Shown here piece by piece: positions 49,394 through 59,484 of a stretch of DNA of 64,000 nucleotides. A model generated the notes under the pieces. That model was not told the DNA's origin. It worked only from the letters and a program-made list of their open reading frames with translations, and made no database searches. The position numbers and the translations under genes are program-made. The DNA is from Candidatus Omnitrophota bacterium. Lineage in GTDB: Bacteria > Omnitrophota > Gorgyraeia > Zapsychrales > JAHFFX01. Location: assembly GCA_023247705.1 (NCBI GenBank), contig JAHFFY010000007.1, forward strand, positions 6,934 to 70,933, given 5' to 3'. How positions within the stretch are numbered: the stretch's first letter is position 1; every line of letters begins with the position of its first letter.

Positions 49394-50779
49394 TTATTGA
49401 CCGCAATGCTCGTGATCAAAAATACAGCACTGCTCGACAAGCGTCAAGGCCCCAAAGGGATTCCACCACATCGGAGCCAATAAAGGATTCATTCCGCGAG
49501 AAGCAAAAAAGACCCATGCCGTTGTCGCCACCGAAGGCCCCAACGCTGTCTTGAAAAAAGGATCGTCATTGTAAGCCTGGGTGGAAAACGAAAGATCGGT
49601 ATAAGGGTATCCGATTTTATAACATCGATTGATCAGCAAAGCGGCGTTACGCTGTAATAATTGATTGGCCTTCTTCGCATATAACACCGACTGACTAGAT
49701 GTTCCCTGGCCTAACATTTTATAAACAACAATCATCTGATTGGTCCCTTCGATCCAGCTCAACGGTGTTCCGCGGGCCGAGGCGTTACCGACATCCGAGA
49801 AATCAAACCCCCTCGCGGTCAGGACATCCCCGCCGAAAGTCCCGTCCGGTTGAACGGCAAAGGTCGATTCGATTTTGGCGATCATTGGGTCAATGTTGAT
49901 CCCCCAATGGCTCGCGTTCACGGAGGCCGGCGCTCCGGGAATATCCTGGATATAAAAAAGAGCATCAACCGCCAAAAAAAACCAGGAATTGACGTCCAGA
50001 ACATTTTTAAAATCATTGTATCCTCGATAAAATAATCCGGTCGACGGATTATAGGCATAATTCTTTAAAAAGGATGTCACGCCGGCCAATTCCTGAGCAA
50101 ACATATCACCATCGGCCTGGGAAAATCTCATACTTGCAAGAACACGCAATCTGGATAAGAACGCCATATAACTCAAATTATTCTCGGTGGAAACCGCCAT
50201 ATTATTGAGAAGAATAGAAACACCTCCCTGAATATGCGGCAGCGACATGATCCACACGGCGATCTTTCTGGCAAGTTGATAAGCTTCGGGATCACCGGTA
50301 TGAGCGTAATAATGCAGCGCGAAAATTCCGACCCAGGCGTTAGGCCCCATCCGCTTTTGAAATTCCATCGGCCCCGGAGCTCCGGTTAGATTATTATAGG
50401 AAGAAAAAAGTCCGTTTTGCGGCGATTGATTTTTAAAAAAATCAAAAATCTTTTTAGCGCTCACCAGATCTCCTCGGTTCAGAAAAACAATCCCCGCCAG
50501 CGCCTGATCATAAGTGAACGCCGCGTTTTTGACATTGACATTCTCATCCGAAGGATGTTCCGGATAACTTTCCAGCAAACCGACAGGACTTTTGTTCTGA
50601 AGATTGACCAGCCAGCTGTACAGGGCTGTTTCCTCATGGATGGTCAAGGTGTTCAGCATCTCAGCATGGAGCAATGGCAGACTGACAAAAGACAAAAACA
50701 ATTCAATGGACAACCAACAGCTCACCCACGACATTAACCTGCGGGACCAGCCCTCTCTTCCCAAATAGCTCTTTTTCAT
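49394..50779 (-). CDS. Secreted six-hairpin glycosidase-like protein
   Basis: Signal peptide; AFTYDQALA, GPNAW, STENN, LDVNSW, GFDF, WIEGTNQM, SVATTAW; start likely MKKSY at 50779 (SD GGAGG). Confidence 0.55.
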   Translation of the reverse strand: MKKSYLGREGWSRRLMSWVSCWLSIELFLSFVSLPLLHAEMLNTLTIHEETALYSWLVNLQNKSPVGLLESYPEHPSDENVNVKNAAFTYDQALAGIVFLNRGDLVSAKKIFDFFKNQSPQNGLFSSYNNLTGAPGPMEFQKRMGPNAWVGIFALHYYAHTGDPEAYQLARKIAVWIMSLPHIQGGVSILLNNMAVSTENNLSYMAFLSRLRVLASMRFSQADGDMFAQELAGVTSFLKNYAYNPSTGLFYRGYNDFKNVLDVNSWFFLAVDALFYIQDIPGAPASVNASHWGINIDPMIAKIESTFAVQPDGTFGGDVLTARGFDFSDVGNASARGTPLSWIEGTNQMIVVYKMLGQGTSSQSVLYAKKANQLLQRNAALLINRCYKIGYPYTDLSFSTQAYNDDPFFKTALGPSVATTAWVFFASRGMNPLLAPMWWNPFGALTLVEQCCIFDHEHCGQ

Positions 50780-50866
50780 ATTCGCCTCCGTGTTTAAAGG
50801 TTGGAATGATATAATAGATTCAATTCCCAATTATATTGATGATCGAATCAATGAACAGGACACCCC

Positions 50867-51787
50867 ATGTCCTACGCAATGAAATATTTCAACAATTTAG
50901 GCGATCTCTTAAAAGAATACAGAGAACTTTTCTCTCTGAATCAGGAAGATTTTGCGGAACAGCTAGACACCAATCTTAAAACTTATCAACGGTGGGAACG
51001 GAACGAACACCCCGCCAAAGAAGAAAACCTTTTTAAGATCTCTCAAATCACCTGGATCCCTTTGCACGTGACGAAAACCGTCAACGCCGGGATGCCCATC
51101 TATTATTCAGTCAAGAAACGCAAATGGTCACCGACAAAATTAGAAAGCAAAAAATACTTTTTCCCCGAACTCCTCACTCCAACCCCTCCGGATGATGATG
51201 GATTATTTATTCGATTTGCTCCATTAGATTCCGAGGAAGTTATAAAACTGGTTAAAGAATCGGACCGCAATATTTATCCGTCCCAAAATTCTTTTCGCAT
51301 CGACACCGCTTACCGCGCCCATCAAATCGCTCCTGAATTGAATTTTGTCGTCTATGATCTGGCGGATCTGGTGGTGGGGCATCAGGTGTGTCTTCCTTTG
51401 TCTCAAACGACCTATGCCAAAATCAAAAACGGACAGATGGCCGAGGGGGATATTCTACCCAAAGATATTTTTAATGCGCTTGTTTTGAGACTGGGGGTTT
51501 TGTATTTCTGCGCGGGGAGGGGAGCCTCCGCGTCCATTCAGCATAATATCATTTCCAAAAATGTTCACATCTTGCTTAAATACTGGATGCAATATTTAAG
51601 GAACATCAATCTCACACTGGCCGCTCATGTCATGAACGTGGACGGCTATGAAGTGTGCAAAAATTTAGGGATGCAGCTCGTCTTCGAAGACCGTCAAGAA
51701 TTTCAAGCCATCGAAACCGAACTTCCTCCCGCCATCTTTGAAGCCCGCATCAAAGATCTGGCCAAAAGTCTGTTTAATTTGGAATAA
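50867..51787 (+). CDS. XRE-family HTH protein with a C-terminal GNAT-like domain
   Basis: LKEYRE...QEDFAEQL....KTYQRWE...P; C-terminal VVGHQVCLPL and DGYEVCKNLGM resemble a GNAT fold. Confidence 0.65.
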   Translation: MSYAMKYFNNLGDLLKEYRELFSLNQEDFAEQLDTNLKTYQRWERNEHPAKEENLFKISQITWIPLHVTKTVNAGMPIYYSVKKRKWSPTKLESKKYFFPELLTPTPPDDDGLFIRFAPLDSEEVIKLVKESDRNIYPSQNSFRIDTAYRAHQIAPELNFVVYDLADLVVGHQVCLPLSQTTYAKIKNGQMAEGDILPKDIFNALVLRLGVLYFCAGRGASASIQHNIISKNVHILLKYWMQYLRNINLTLAAHVMNVDGYEVCKNLGMQLVFEDRQEFQAIETELPPAIFEARIKDLAKSLFNLE

Positions 51788-51899
51788 AAATGAATTGGAA
51801 GGATGAAATAAAGCTCTAATACTTTTTCATTTTTTTTAAATAGTTGATTTCCTTCAAAGGATAGAGGGATCAATTATTAAAAACGGATTTGACAAAGTA

Positions 51900-53810
51900 T
51901 TAATCTTCATCCCTCGAAGCCTCCAAGTATTCCCACCTTTGATAACCGCGAAAGATCTCGTCTTCCAGGGCCTCCAACCTGGCCTTGGTTTGCGCGACTT
52001 CTTTAGGATCTCTTTGATAGAAGGAAATATCGGAGAGGATGGCGTAAAGCTTTTCTTGTTCCTGCTCGAGCTTTTCAATCTGAGCAGGGAGTTTTTCTAA
52101 TTCCCGCTCTTCTTTAAAAGAAAGTTTGCGCCGGATCGGTTCTTTTAATTCAGGCGTTTGATCCTTTTGGGATTTTGGATTATTTTTTTCTTTCGGTTTG
52201 ATTGGAGAAACGACTGGTTTACGCTGACTCAACCAGTCGTCATATCCGCCGGGATATTCATTGATCACACCTTCGCCTTCCAGGACTATGGTACTCGTAA
52301 CAACGTTATTCAAAAAAGTCCGGTCGTGGCTCACCAAAAGCAGCGTTCCGGAATATTCCAGAAGCAATTCTTCCAGGAGTTCCAGGGTCTCGATATCAAG
52401 ATCGTTAGTCGGTTCGTCCATGACGAGGAGATTAAACGGTTTCGTAAAAAGTCGTGCCAGGAAAAGACGGTTACGTTCTCCGCCGGAAAGAACCTTGACC
52501 GGGGTCCGGGCGCGTTCGGGAGAAAAAAGAAAATCCTGTAAGTAACCGATAATATGCCGGGATTTGCCGTTGATCGTGATGGTGTCGTTTAAACCGCAGA
52601 TATTCTCAATCACCGACTTCTCTTCTTCCAGTTGTTCGCGCAGTTGATCATAATAGGCGATCGTGCAATTTGTTCCCAGTCGTACTTTGCCTTTTTGCGG
52701 CGCAAGTTGTCCTAAAAGGATGCGCAGCAAGGTCGTTTTGCCCGAACCGTTCGGTCCGATCACGCCGATCTTATCCCCGCGCATGACCTGGGTCGAAAAA
52801 TCACGGATCAAACAATGTTCGCCGTAACTGTATCCTAAGGAAGACGCCTTAATCACCAAATGCCCCGACGGCCCGCTCTCCTGGGCCCGCATACGGACTT
52901 GACCGATCATTTGACGCTGGGCCTTTTTTTCTTCGCGCATCCGCTCCAACGCTTTGACGCGGCCTTCATTACGCGCCCGACGGGCTTTGATCCCTTGCCG
53001 GATCCAAATTTCCTCCTGGGCGATTTTCTTTTCGAAATCGGCCCGCTGGGCCGCCTCGTTTTCCAGCGCCATTTGTTTGCGTTCCAGAAATGTTTTATAG
53101 TCGCAGGACCAACTAAAAATTTTTCCGCGGTCCAATTCGATGATCCTGGTCGCTAAATGGGTCATAAACATCCGGTCGTGCGTGACAAAAAAAAGCGTCC
53201 CCGGGAAATCACGCAAGAATGCCTCGAGCCAATCGATGGATTCAATATCGAGATGGTTCGTTGGTTCATCCAGCAACAGAATGTTCGGCTGCAAAATCAA
53301 GGCCCGGCCCAAAAGGCAACGGCGTTTTTGTCCACCGGAGAGTTGTTCAAAATTGGCTTCCGGATCAAGTTTCATCTTGGAAATAAAATACTCAACCTGA
53401 CTATTGATCTCCCAGCCGTTGGTGTGGTCAAGTGCGGATTGAAGACGATCAAGTTCCTGCATCAGTTCCGGGGTGTGTTCCGTGTGCAGGCACTGGCTGA
53501 TATGATGATATTCGCTTAACAATTGAGCGCGGTTGCCTAACCCGGACAAAACGATATCAAAGACGCTACCCTGGATATCCAAAGGAATCTCCTGCGGCAG
53601 ATGCGTTACCTGAATCCCTTTTTGAACAATGATTTCTCCGCCGTCGATTCCTAATTGACCGGTGAGAATTTTCATCAAGGTCGTTTTTCCAACGCCATTG
53701 CGGCCAAGCAAGGCGACCCGTTCGCCGGGTTCCAAATGCAAACTTAAACGATCAAAAATAAGCGGCCCGCCGAAGGCCACCGTAATTTCCTGTAGACTGA
53801 TCAGTGCCAT
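51900..53810 (-). CDS. uup: ABC-F family ATPase (Uup-like)
   Basis: Two ABC domains (GRNGVGKT/LSGGQ/DEPTNHLD; GPNGSGKT/LSGGE/DEPTNDLD), WIRQGIKARRARNEGRV linker, KLSFKEEREL C-terminal coiled coil. Confidence 0.9.
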   Translation of the reverse strand: MALISLQEITVAFGGPLIFDRLSLHLEPGERVALLGRNGVGKTTLMKILTGQLGIDGGEIIVQKGIQVTHLPQEIPLDIQGSVFDIVLSGLGNRAQLLSEYHHISQCLHTEHTPELMQELDRLQSALDHTNGWEINSQVEYFISKMKLDPEANFEQLSGGQKRRCLLGRALILQPNILLLDEPTNHLDIESIDWLEAFLRDFPGTLFFVTHDRMFMTHLATRIIELDRGKIFSWSCDYKTFLERKQMALENEAAQRADFEKKIAQEEIWIRQGIKARRARNEGRVKALERMREEKKAQRQMIGQVRMRAQESGPSGHLVIKASSLGYSYGEHCLIRDFSTQVMRGDKIGVIGPNGSGKTTLLRILLGQLAPQKGKVRLGTNCTIAYYDQLREQLEEEKSVIENICGLNDTITINGKSRHIIGYLQDFLFSPERARTPVKVLSGGERNRLFLARLFTKPFNLLVMDEPTNDLDIETLELLEELLLEYSGTLLLVSHDRTFLNNVVTSTIVLEGEGVINEYPGGYDDWLSQRKPVVSPIKPKEKNNPKSQKDQTPELKEPIRRKLSFKEERELEKLPAQIEKLEQEQEKLYAILSDISFYQRDPKEVAQTKARLEALEDEIFRGYQRWEYLEASRDED

Positions 53811-53829
53811 AGGATCTCAAAAATTGGGC

Positions 53830-53926
53830 TTATTGAGCTTCTTTCTACTAAACGAAACTCTAAATCTCTCACCAACGTCGGTATCGCCAGCGAGAGATTT
53901 AGAGTTGGAAAGGAAAAGCTCAATAA
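53830..53926 (+). repeat. Dispersed hairpin element, copy 3 (97 bp)
   Basis: TTATTGAGCTT...AAGCTCAATAA, inner ACTCTAAATCTCTC/GAGAGATTTAGAGT; nearly identical to 24946-25047 apart from the loop and a short indel. Confidence 0.9.
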
Positions 53927-53985
53927 CATGGATATAATTTCGCATAGGACGAATTGAACATATTCGGTTTTGAACATTTTGAAAA

Positions 53986-54327
53986 TTACTGGGGAAGAAT
54001 CTCGTTTCTCTCGGGAAATTCATAAACGGTCGCGGCTGATTTTTCTTTTGCACCCTCTGTGTCTGTGGATACCTTCACCGTTTTAGGTTGCTGTGTCACA
54101 GGCGCCAAAGGATCATTGGCCGGATCAATGACCGGGATGCCGGGAGTACTTTCGGGTGTAGATTGAGCGACCGCCCCTGATGGCGACGCGCTATTGTCAT
54201 TCGTCGATTGATCTTTAGCTGCATCAATCTGTTGATTAAGCCAATGATTCATCCCATAGACTAAAGCAAACATGACGATGACGACACCCAACAAAAAATA
54301 ATTCTTTGTATTTCCACGATTATCCAT
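53986..54327 (-). CDS. Single-TM hypothetical protein at the end of the pilin operon
   Basis: One TM segment then a Pro/Ser/Thr-rich tail; TAATG coupling with the pilX-like gene. Confidence 0.65.
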   Translation of the reverse strand: MDNRGNTKNYFLLGVVIVMFALVYGMNHWLNQQIDAAKDQSTNDNSASPSGAVAQSTPESTPGIPVIDPANDPLAPVTQQPKTVKVSTDTEGAKEKSAATVYEFPERNEILPQ

Positions 54328-56063
54328 TATCTGTTTCCCTCCTGCCAAACGAGTTTATCGGTAATATCATTGGTAAAAGCGATAAATGTATTTAAGGATG
54401 GGAAATAGGGAGGAACTTTTCCCTGTTCCATACGATGATCATAAACAAAATTGCGGCCGTACCCGGAAAGCCATTGTCCGGTCGACCCGTTAAAAAGACC
54501 AAAAGCACCGTAGTTGTTGGTAATTGATCCACCCAAGAGCGTTGCCGTACCGCGCGCGCCAACCCCTTGATCGTCATAGTTATCAACGGTAAGAATACCG
54601 TTCTGAGCCATAACCGTCCCATGAATTTCGACATTATTGGGCGCAGGTGTCCCGATACGGACATTTCCATTCCAAGAAACAAGTCCTAAAACGTTGGTAT
54701 AAGCTTGTCCATTGGCGTCATATACCGAGGGAGGAATATAACCTGCTTGACCGGAAGTTCCGGAACCAGGGGTATAATCTGTGTATTTAACATTATTCGT
54801 AATCACTATATCACTATGACTAGCTACCGTTAATTCTGTATCCTCTTGAACTGTTCCGGAAAAACTGTTGATTTTTCCATCCACATAGATGATGTCTCCG
54901 GATCCATCGGTGCCATTGGGCTGCCCCGTATAGGTTGTGGTGGCGCCACTCTGATCCAGGACGGTCGTTTGATTCGCGTTTCGATTAACCGTAATTGTTT
55001 TGGTGCTACTTCCTAAAGAGATCGCATATACAGCTTGATTTTGATTATTTACAGAAATAGTCACGGAAGCACCGCTGTTATTTTGATCCCGGACATAAAC
55101 CCCGCCGTTCAAAGTCGATCCTTGTGTGGGAAGATAAATTCCATCATTCCTATAATTACTATTTCCTTTCACTTGAGAAATCATATCTGTCTCTTGTGTC
55201 GCTGAATTCAATGTAATCTGTGAAACATTACGACTAAAACTATCATGAAAAATAGGGACATCTTTCACCCCATTTGCATTTGCATCAAGGAGGATCGCAC
55301 TGCCATTATTGTAAAAACGGGTGGTTTGCTGATATTGAGAGATCAATTCTTCAAAAGTGCCGCTGGGATTCAAAGCAAAATTAAATCGGTCATTGCTATG
55401 GACCGGACCCGAAAAATTGGTTTTATCGGTAAACCAGACATTGGTTCCACTTGGAGTCTGCTGGTTATTGGTGAATAAAGCAAATTTGGCAAAATTATCC
55501 TTCTGAAGACGAACAGTAAAATCTCCCCAAACAACAACTTGACTGCTTAGACTTCCATTTGTCCCGGTAGATTCTATTCGATAAGAATATGGGAAATCCC
55601 AGGCATTGGACCCGACTGCGCTAGGGTCCTCTTTTTCCATAAAGATGATGTTATAAGAATAATTTATATTTCCTAAAGAGCCGCTGGCGGTATAGCTGCC
55701 TTCTTCCCCATTTTGCGCGAGAACAGGAACATTATTATTGCGCACCGCATAAACTAACCACCCGATCCCATCCCCAGAAGCTACTTTACCTTGAGCGTAA
55801 CCAATAACGCCATTAGGGTCAGCAATAGAAATTGTTGTTTGTAAATAATTATTAATCAAGACATCCAATTGTTCAATAGCGGCCTGGGATCCACCGTGGG
55901 CGGCATAAAATGTTTTAGACTGTTCGCGTTCATTGTTGGCAATACGATTCTCATGAATGGAATTTAAAACAAAAATACCCTGGAGCGCCATAAGGATGAC
56001 AACAAAAAACATGGTGAAAACCAAGGCCACTCCTCTTTCATTATTCAATCTCATATCCATCAC
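54327..56063 (-). CDS. PilX N-terminal / DUF4900-like type IV pilus assembly protein
   Basis: NERGVALVFTM prepilin-like leader lacking Glu5, FYAA.GG, GPVHSN, GYGRNFVYDHR...PPYFP C-terminus. Confidence 0.8.
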   Translation of the reverse strand: MMDMRLNNERGVALVFTMFFVVILMALQGIFVLNSIHENRIANNEREQSKTFYAAHGGSQAAIEQLDVLINNYLQTTISIADPNGVIGYAQGKVASGDGIGWLVYAVRNNNVPVLAQNGEEGSYTASGSLGNINYSYNIIFMEKEDPSAVGSNAWDFPYSYRIESTGTNGSLSSQVVVWGDFTVRLQKDNFAKFALFTNNQQTPSGTNVWFTDKTNFSGPVHSNDRFNFALNPSGTFEELISQYQQTTRFYNNGSAILLDANANGVKDVPIFHDSFSRNVSQITLNSATQETDMISQVKGNSNYRNDGIYLPTQGSTLNGGVYVRDQNNSGASVTISVNNQNQAVYAISLGSSTKTITVNRNANQTTVLDQSGATTTYTGQPNGTDGSGDIIYVDGKINSFSGTVQEDTELTVASHSDIVITNNVKYTDYTPGSGTSGQAGYIPPSVYDANGQAYTNVLGLVSWNGNVRIGTPAPNNVEIHGTVMAQNGILTVDNYDDQGVGARGTATLLGGSITNNYGAFGLFNGSTGQWLSGYGRNFVYDHRMEQGKVPPYFPSLNTFIAFTNDITDKLVWQEGNR

Positions 56064-56845
56064 CCTCGATTTCTTAACATCACATCCATACTATTGGAAA
56101 TCGATATTGTCCGTCTTGGCACCGCGATCTCGCTTAACTTCACCGCCACCGTCACTTCCGTCTGCCCCCCATTAATACTAGCCTGGAAGTCTGTGAGGTG
56201 TTGCGCAAATATAGACGAGCTAACGACCGCGTTATTTGTGTCTAACACTCGGCGCAATAGCTGCCCGCTATTATCCATTACATACTCGATCGTCCTATTC
56301 GTATAGGTATTCGGATCGCAACTTCCGCACGCCCCGAGATAATCCCCGTGCGCCAAATGCGCCTTGACACTGGGGGCCCCCAAATTCATGGTGTGGGGAT
56401 TATTGGGATTTGCCGGAGGATAATGACATAAATCTACTTTTCCATTACTGTCCGTAGGATAATTCGTACTGCACCCCGCCTGCCCCCATGTCAACGGTGC
56501 TCCCCACCGGCTCACATTTCCGTTACTATCCATCGGACTGATGCCGCAAAGACACAACGGAACCGAAAATCGTAATACGTCCGTCCCATTTACTCCCGTT
56601 CCATCTAATATACTCACCTTCATATTCCCGGCACTATCTCTTCCCGATTCCTGTAATTCAATGGAAATCCGCTGCAACACCCGTAAAGAATTCTCCAACA
56701 ACTCAGAACGCGCATAGGTTAATGAAAATGTATTCTGTCCAGCGACAAACACCATGGATCCAGCCAGGAGTACAATCGACATCAAACCCACCATGACCAT
56801 CATCTCGACCAACCCGACTCCTCGTTTAAAATTTAAAACATTCAT
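56060..56845 (-). CDS. PilW-like minor pilin
   Basis: KRG|VGLVEMMV class III signal, I..EL.ES, LLRRV, C-terminal LRN. Confidence 0.8.
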   Translation of the reverse strand: MNVLNFKRGVGLVEMMVMVGLMSIVLLAGSMVFVAGQNTFSLTYARSELLENSLRVLQRISIELQESGRDSAGNMKVSILDGTGVNGTDVLRFSVPLCLCGISPMDSNGNVSRWGAPLTWGQAGCSTNYPTDSNGKVDLCHYPPANPNNPHTMNLGAPSVKAHLAHGDYLGACGSCDPNTYTNRTIEYVMDNSGQLLRRVLDTNNAVVSSSIFAQHLTDFQASINGGQTEVTVAVKLSEIAVPRRTISISNSMDVMLRNRG

Positions 56846-56858
56846 TCTCTTAGCTTCC

Positions 56859-57320
56859 TCACATGTTATAAATCTGCGTCGCCATTCCAACGATCGAATC
56901 GATCTGCCCATTCCCGTTCGCATCCTCTCCCCCATTCAACGTCCCATTCAAATTTTCATCCTCTCCAATCACCCGCGCGTTTCGTTCCCGCCAACAAAAT
57001 GAAATCGTCACTGTCACATGATTCGGATTGCTATTGTCCACATACGTCTTGCCCATCCCGGTCAATCCCGCAATCGTAAAGGTCGTATTGTTATAGGTAT
57101 TATAAATCTGATTAAACGCAGTATTCTCTATCGTGGTTATTCGATTCTTCACTCCCCACACGGCTAACGAAGAATTTTTGGCGATATCGCTCAATTCCAC
57201 ACATTTGATAAACGTCTGCATGCCCAATGTGAACAACGGAAGCAAAATAAGAACAGAAATAAGCACCTCCACGATGGTTAATCCTTTTTGCCCCTTCAAT
57301 TTTTGATGATAATGTCTCAT
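56859..57320 (-). CDS. PilV-like minor pilin
   Basis: QKG|LTIVEVLIS class III signal; VTISFCW; GED.NLNG..N.GED.NGNG Ca-binding-like loops. Confidence 0.82.
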   Translation of the reverse strand: MRHYHQKLKGQKGLTIVEVLISVLILLPLFTLGMQTFIKCVELSDIAKNSSLAVWGVKNRITTIENTAFNQIYNTYNNTTFTIAGLTGMGKTYVDNSNPNHVTVTISFCWRERNARVIGEDENLNGTLNGGEDANGNGQIDSIVGMATQIYNM

Positions 57321-57864
57321 AATTGCAGCTATTCCTTTTAAGATCTATCTTGGATTGCTAATTCTGTGAAAGATATTAACAGTCCAAAAGGATAATTAAA
57401 CACTGGCCATGATTTTATCATCATTCCAATTGATCTTTATTTTTCGTCTTTATTTTCTCAAATATTTCCTAACTTATATAATTAAACAAATTACGAAACA
57501 ATCCCATCATGACTAGTACAATCTAGGACTGTCCTACTTACTGAAAGCTTAGCATGGATCTTTCAGAAGGCAAATGAATTCTGATCTGTTCATAAGATAT
57601 TACAATTATTACACTTGCAACAGATTAATAAGATCCCCTCAAATAACCAATGACTTGAAGTTTTACTATGGAAAAAACGAGCCATAGACCAAACCCAATC
57701 CTTGAGAAATGCAAGAGAATTGCCATCAAATAAAAAAATTCATCATAAAAATCCTCTTACGTGATTTCTTCCAGTATAATAATTATTACATATAAACTTT
57801 TTTAATTTAGTTTCCATTCCGGGCATCCTTTTGCTATATAAAGATCAAAACATTTCTATATCTA

Positions 57865-59448
57865 ATGAAATTATTCTTTCCCAAACATATTTTTTTGATC
57901 CTGAAGATCGTTTTTTCTTTCTTTCTCCTCTTCTTTCTTATCAAACTCATCCTCTACCACTATCATCTGATTATTGATCCCTTCCAAGCCGAATACCGCG
58001 AAGGGGCTTCAATCACAATGACCAGCGCCTTGATCAAAGGGCTGAATCCTTACGCCTTAGAAAATCAACCGCAGTACACCAATGATTATGGCATCCTTTA
58101 CTCCCTCTTTGTTTATCCCTTCGCAAAATGCTTTGGTGTCACACTCCTCGTCCACCGCTGGGTCAACGCATTTTTGATTGGATTATCATGCCTGTTCCTG
58201 ATCTTTGTCATGCAACGATTAGAAATTCCATTGTTATTAAGTTTAAGCGGCGCACTTCTTTTTTACGCCTCTCTATTATTCCCCCGGACCACCACCGCCT
58301 GCGCGACGCCATCGCCGCTCGGTGTACTTCTATTTCTGTTAAGCGTCTTCTTACCTTGGCTTGATCGATATTCCTGGAGAAGTATTTTCTGGAGTGTCTT
58401 TCTAGGACTCCTCGCTTATTTCACAAAACCTTATTTCATCCTTTGTATTCCATTAATCGGAAGTTATATATTCTTTTTTGTTTCCAAAAAGAAAGGTCTA
58501 TGGATCGCCGGGTTGTCGCTTTTGTTCTTTGTTTTAAGCCTGTTTGCCGCAGGGAAAATCTTTGAGTGTTATTTCAACAATTGTTATTTTATCCACACCA
58601 ACGCAACCCCGTTGTCTCCAGAACACTTAAACCGGCAAATCGATTGGTACCTCAAATTACATAAACCTTTGTTGATGCTATTGGTGGCTGGACTCGCAGC
58701 GATCTTTTTTAGAAATCTAAAAAACGGTGCACAAACCATCCGACCTCTCGGAAAAGCATTAAAGGAATTCTTGTCAAAAATACATATCAATCAATTCGAT
58801 CGGCCCCTGATTGATCTTCCTTGTCCGTTAACGTTCTATTGCGCCGTGATTGTATGGATCGTCTTGATATTATCGCTGGGAAAACACATCGGCGCTTTGC
58901 TATGGTACTTTTTCCATCTCTTGTCGCCGTTTCTCATCGTTTACGCGCTGTGGATCCTCAGCCGTTTTTCTTTCTGGCCGATCGGCGTTCTGCCGTTTTT
59001 GGTGTGGAACTTGTCCGTCATTACGGTCGATCACGATTACCAACGGTTAACCGCCGATACGGCCGTGTGGAGTGAACTCAAAAAACAGATTTCCAACTAT
59101 AACAACATCCTCAATTCACCGATCGTCGCGGCTTTCTTGGTTGAACAGAATAAACCCATCTTCGATAACGGATTGTCAGAATATTTCAAAATCGGCGGTT
59201 ATCGTTATTCGTTCAACAAGCGATTTTTCAAACCGGATGGCCGGATCATTCACCGTTACTATCAATATCTGAATGAAATCAAGCAGATGGTCAGAACGAA
59301 ACAATTTGATTTAATTTTACTGACGGAAGGTTATGCCCCTTTTGCACCGGTGGAACTGCCGAATTATTATCAATACTTAGGAACAGTCAAGCTGTCTCTC
59401 CCGCATTGTTTTCTGGATTTCAACGTTACAATTTGGCAATCCAAATAA
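57865..59448 (+). CDS. Polytopic GT-C-like (ArnT/PMT-like) membrane glycosyltransferase
   Basis: EYREG after TM1, NPY...NDYG, AYFTKP motif, about 11 TM segments, C-terminal soluble domain. Confidence 0.55.
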   Translation: MKLFFPKHIFLILKIVFSFFLLFFLIKLILYHYHLIIDPFQAEYREGASITMTSALIKGLNPYALENQPQYTNDYGILYSLFVYPFAKCFGVTLLVHRWVNAFLIGLSCLFLIFVMQRLEIPLLLSLSGALLFYASLLFPRTTTACATPSPLGVLLFLLSVFLPWLDRYSWRSIFWSVFLGLLAYFTKPYFILCIPLIGSYIFFFVSKKKGLWIAGLSLLFFVLSLFAAGKIFECYFNNCYFIHTNATPLSPEHLNRQIDWYLKLHKPLLMLLVAGLAAIFFRNLKNGAQTIRPLGKALKEFLSKIHINQFDRPLIDLPCPLTFYCAVIVWIVLILSLGKHIGALLWYFFHLLSPFLIVYALWILSRFSFWPIGVLPFLVWNLSVITVDHDYQRLTADTAVWSELKKQISNYNNILNSPIVAAFLVEQNKPIFDNGLSEYFKIGGYRYSFNKRFFKPDGRIIHRYYQYLNEIKQMVRTKQFDLILLTEGYAPFAPVELPNYYQYLGTVKLSLPHCFLDFNVTIWQSK

Positions 59449-59484
59449 AAATCCGGTGGCATCTCTGCCAGGACAACAGCCACA

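Noticed and set aside
57321-57864. Long AT-rich intergenic region checked for arrays or RNA genes
   Set aside because: No tandem repeats, cloverleaf or strong stems seen; consistent with divergent promoters
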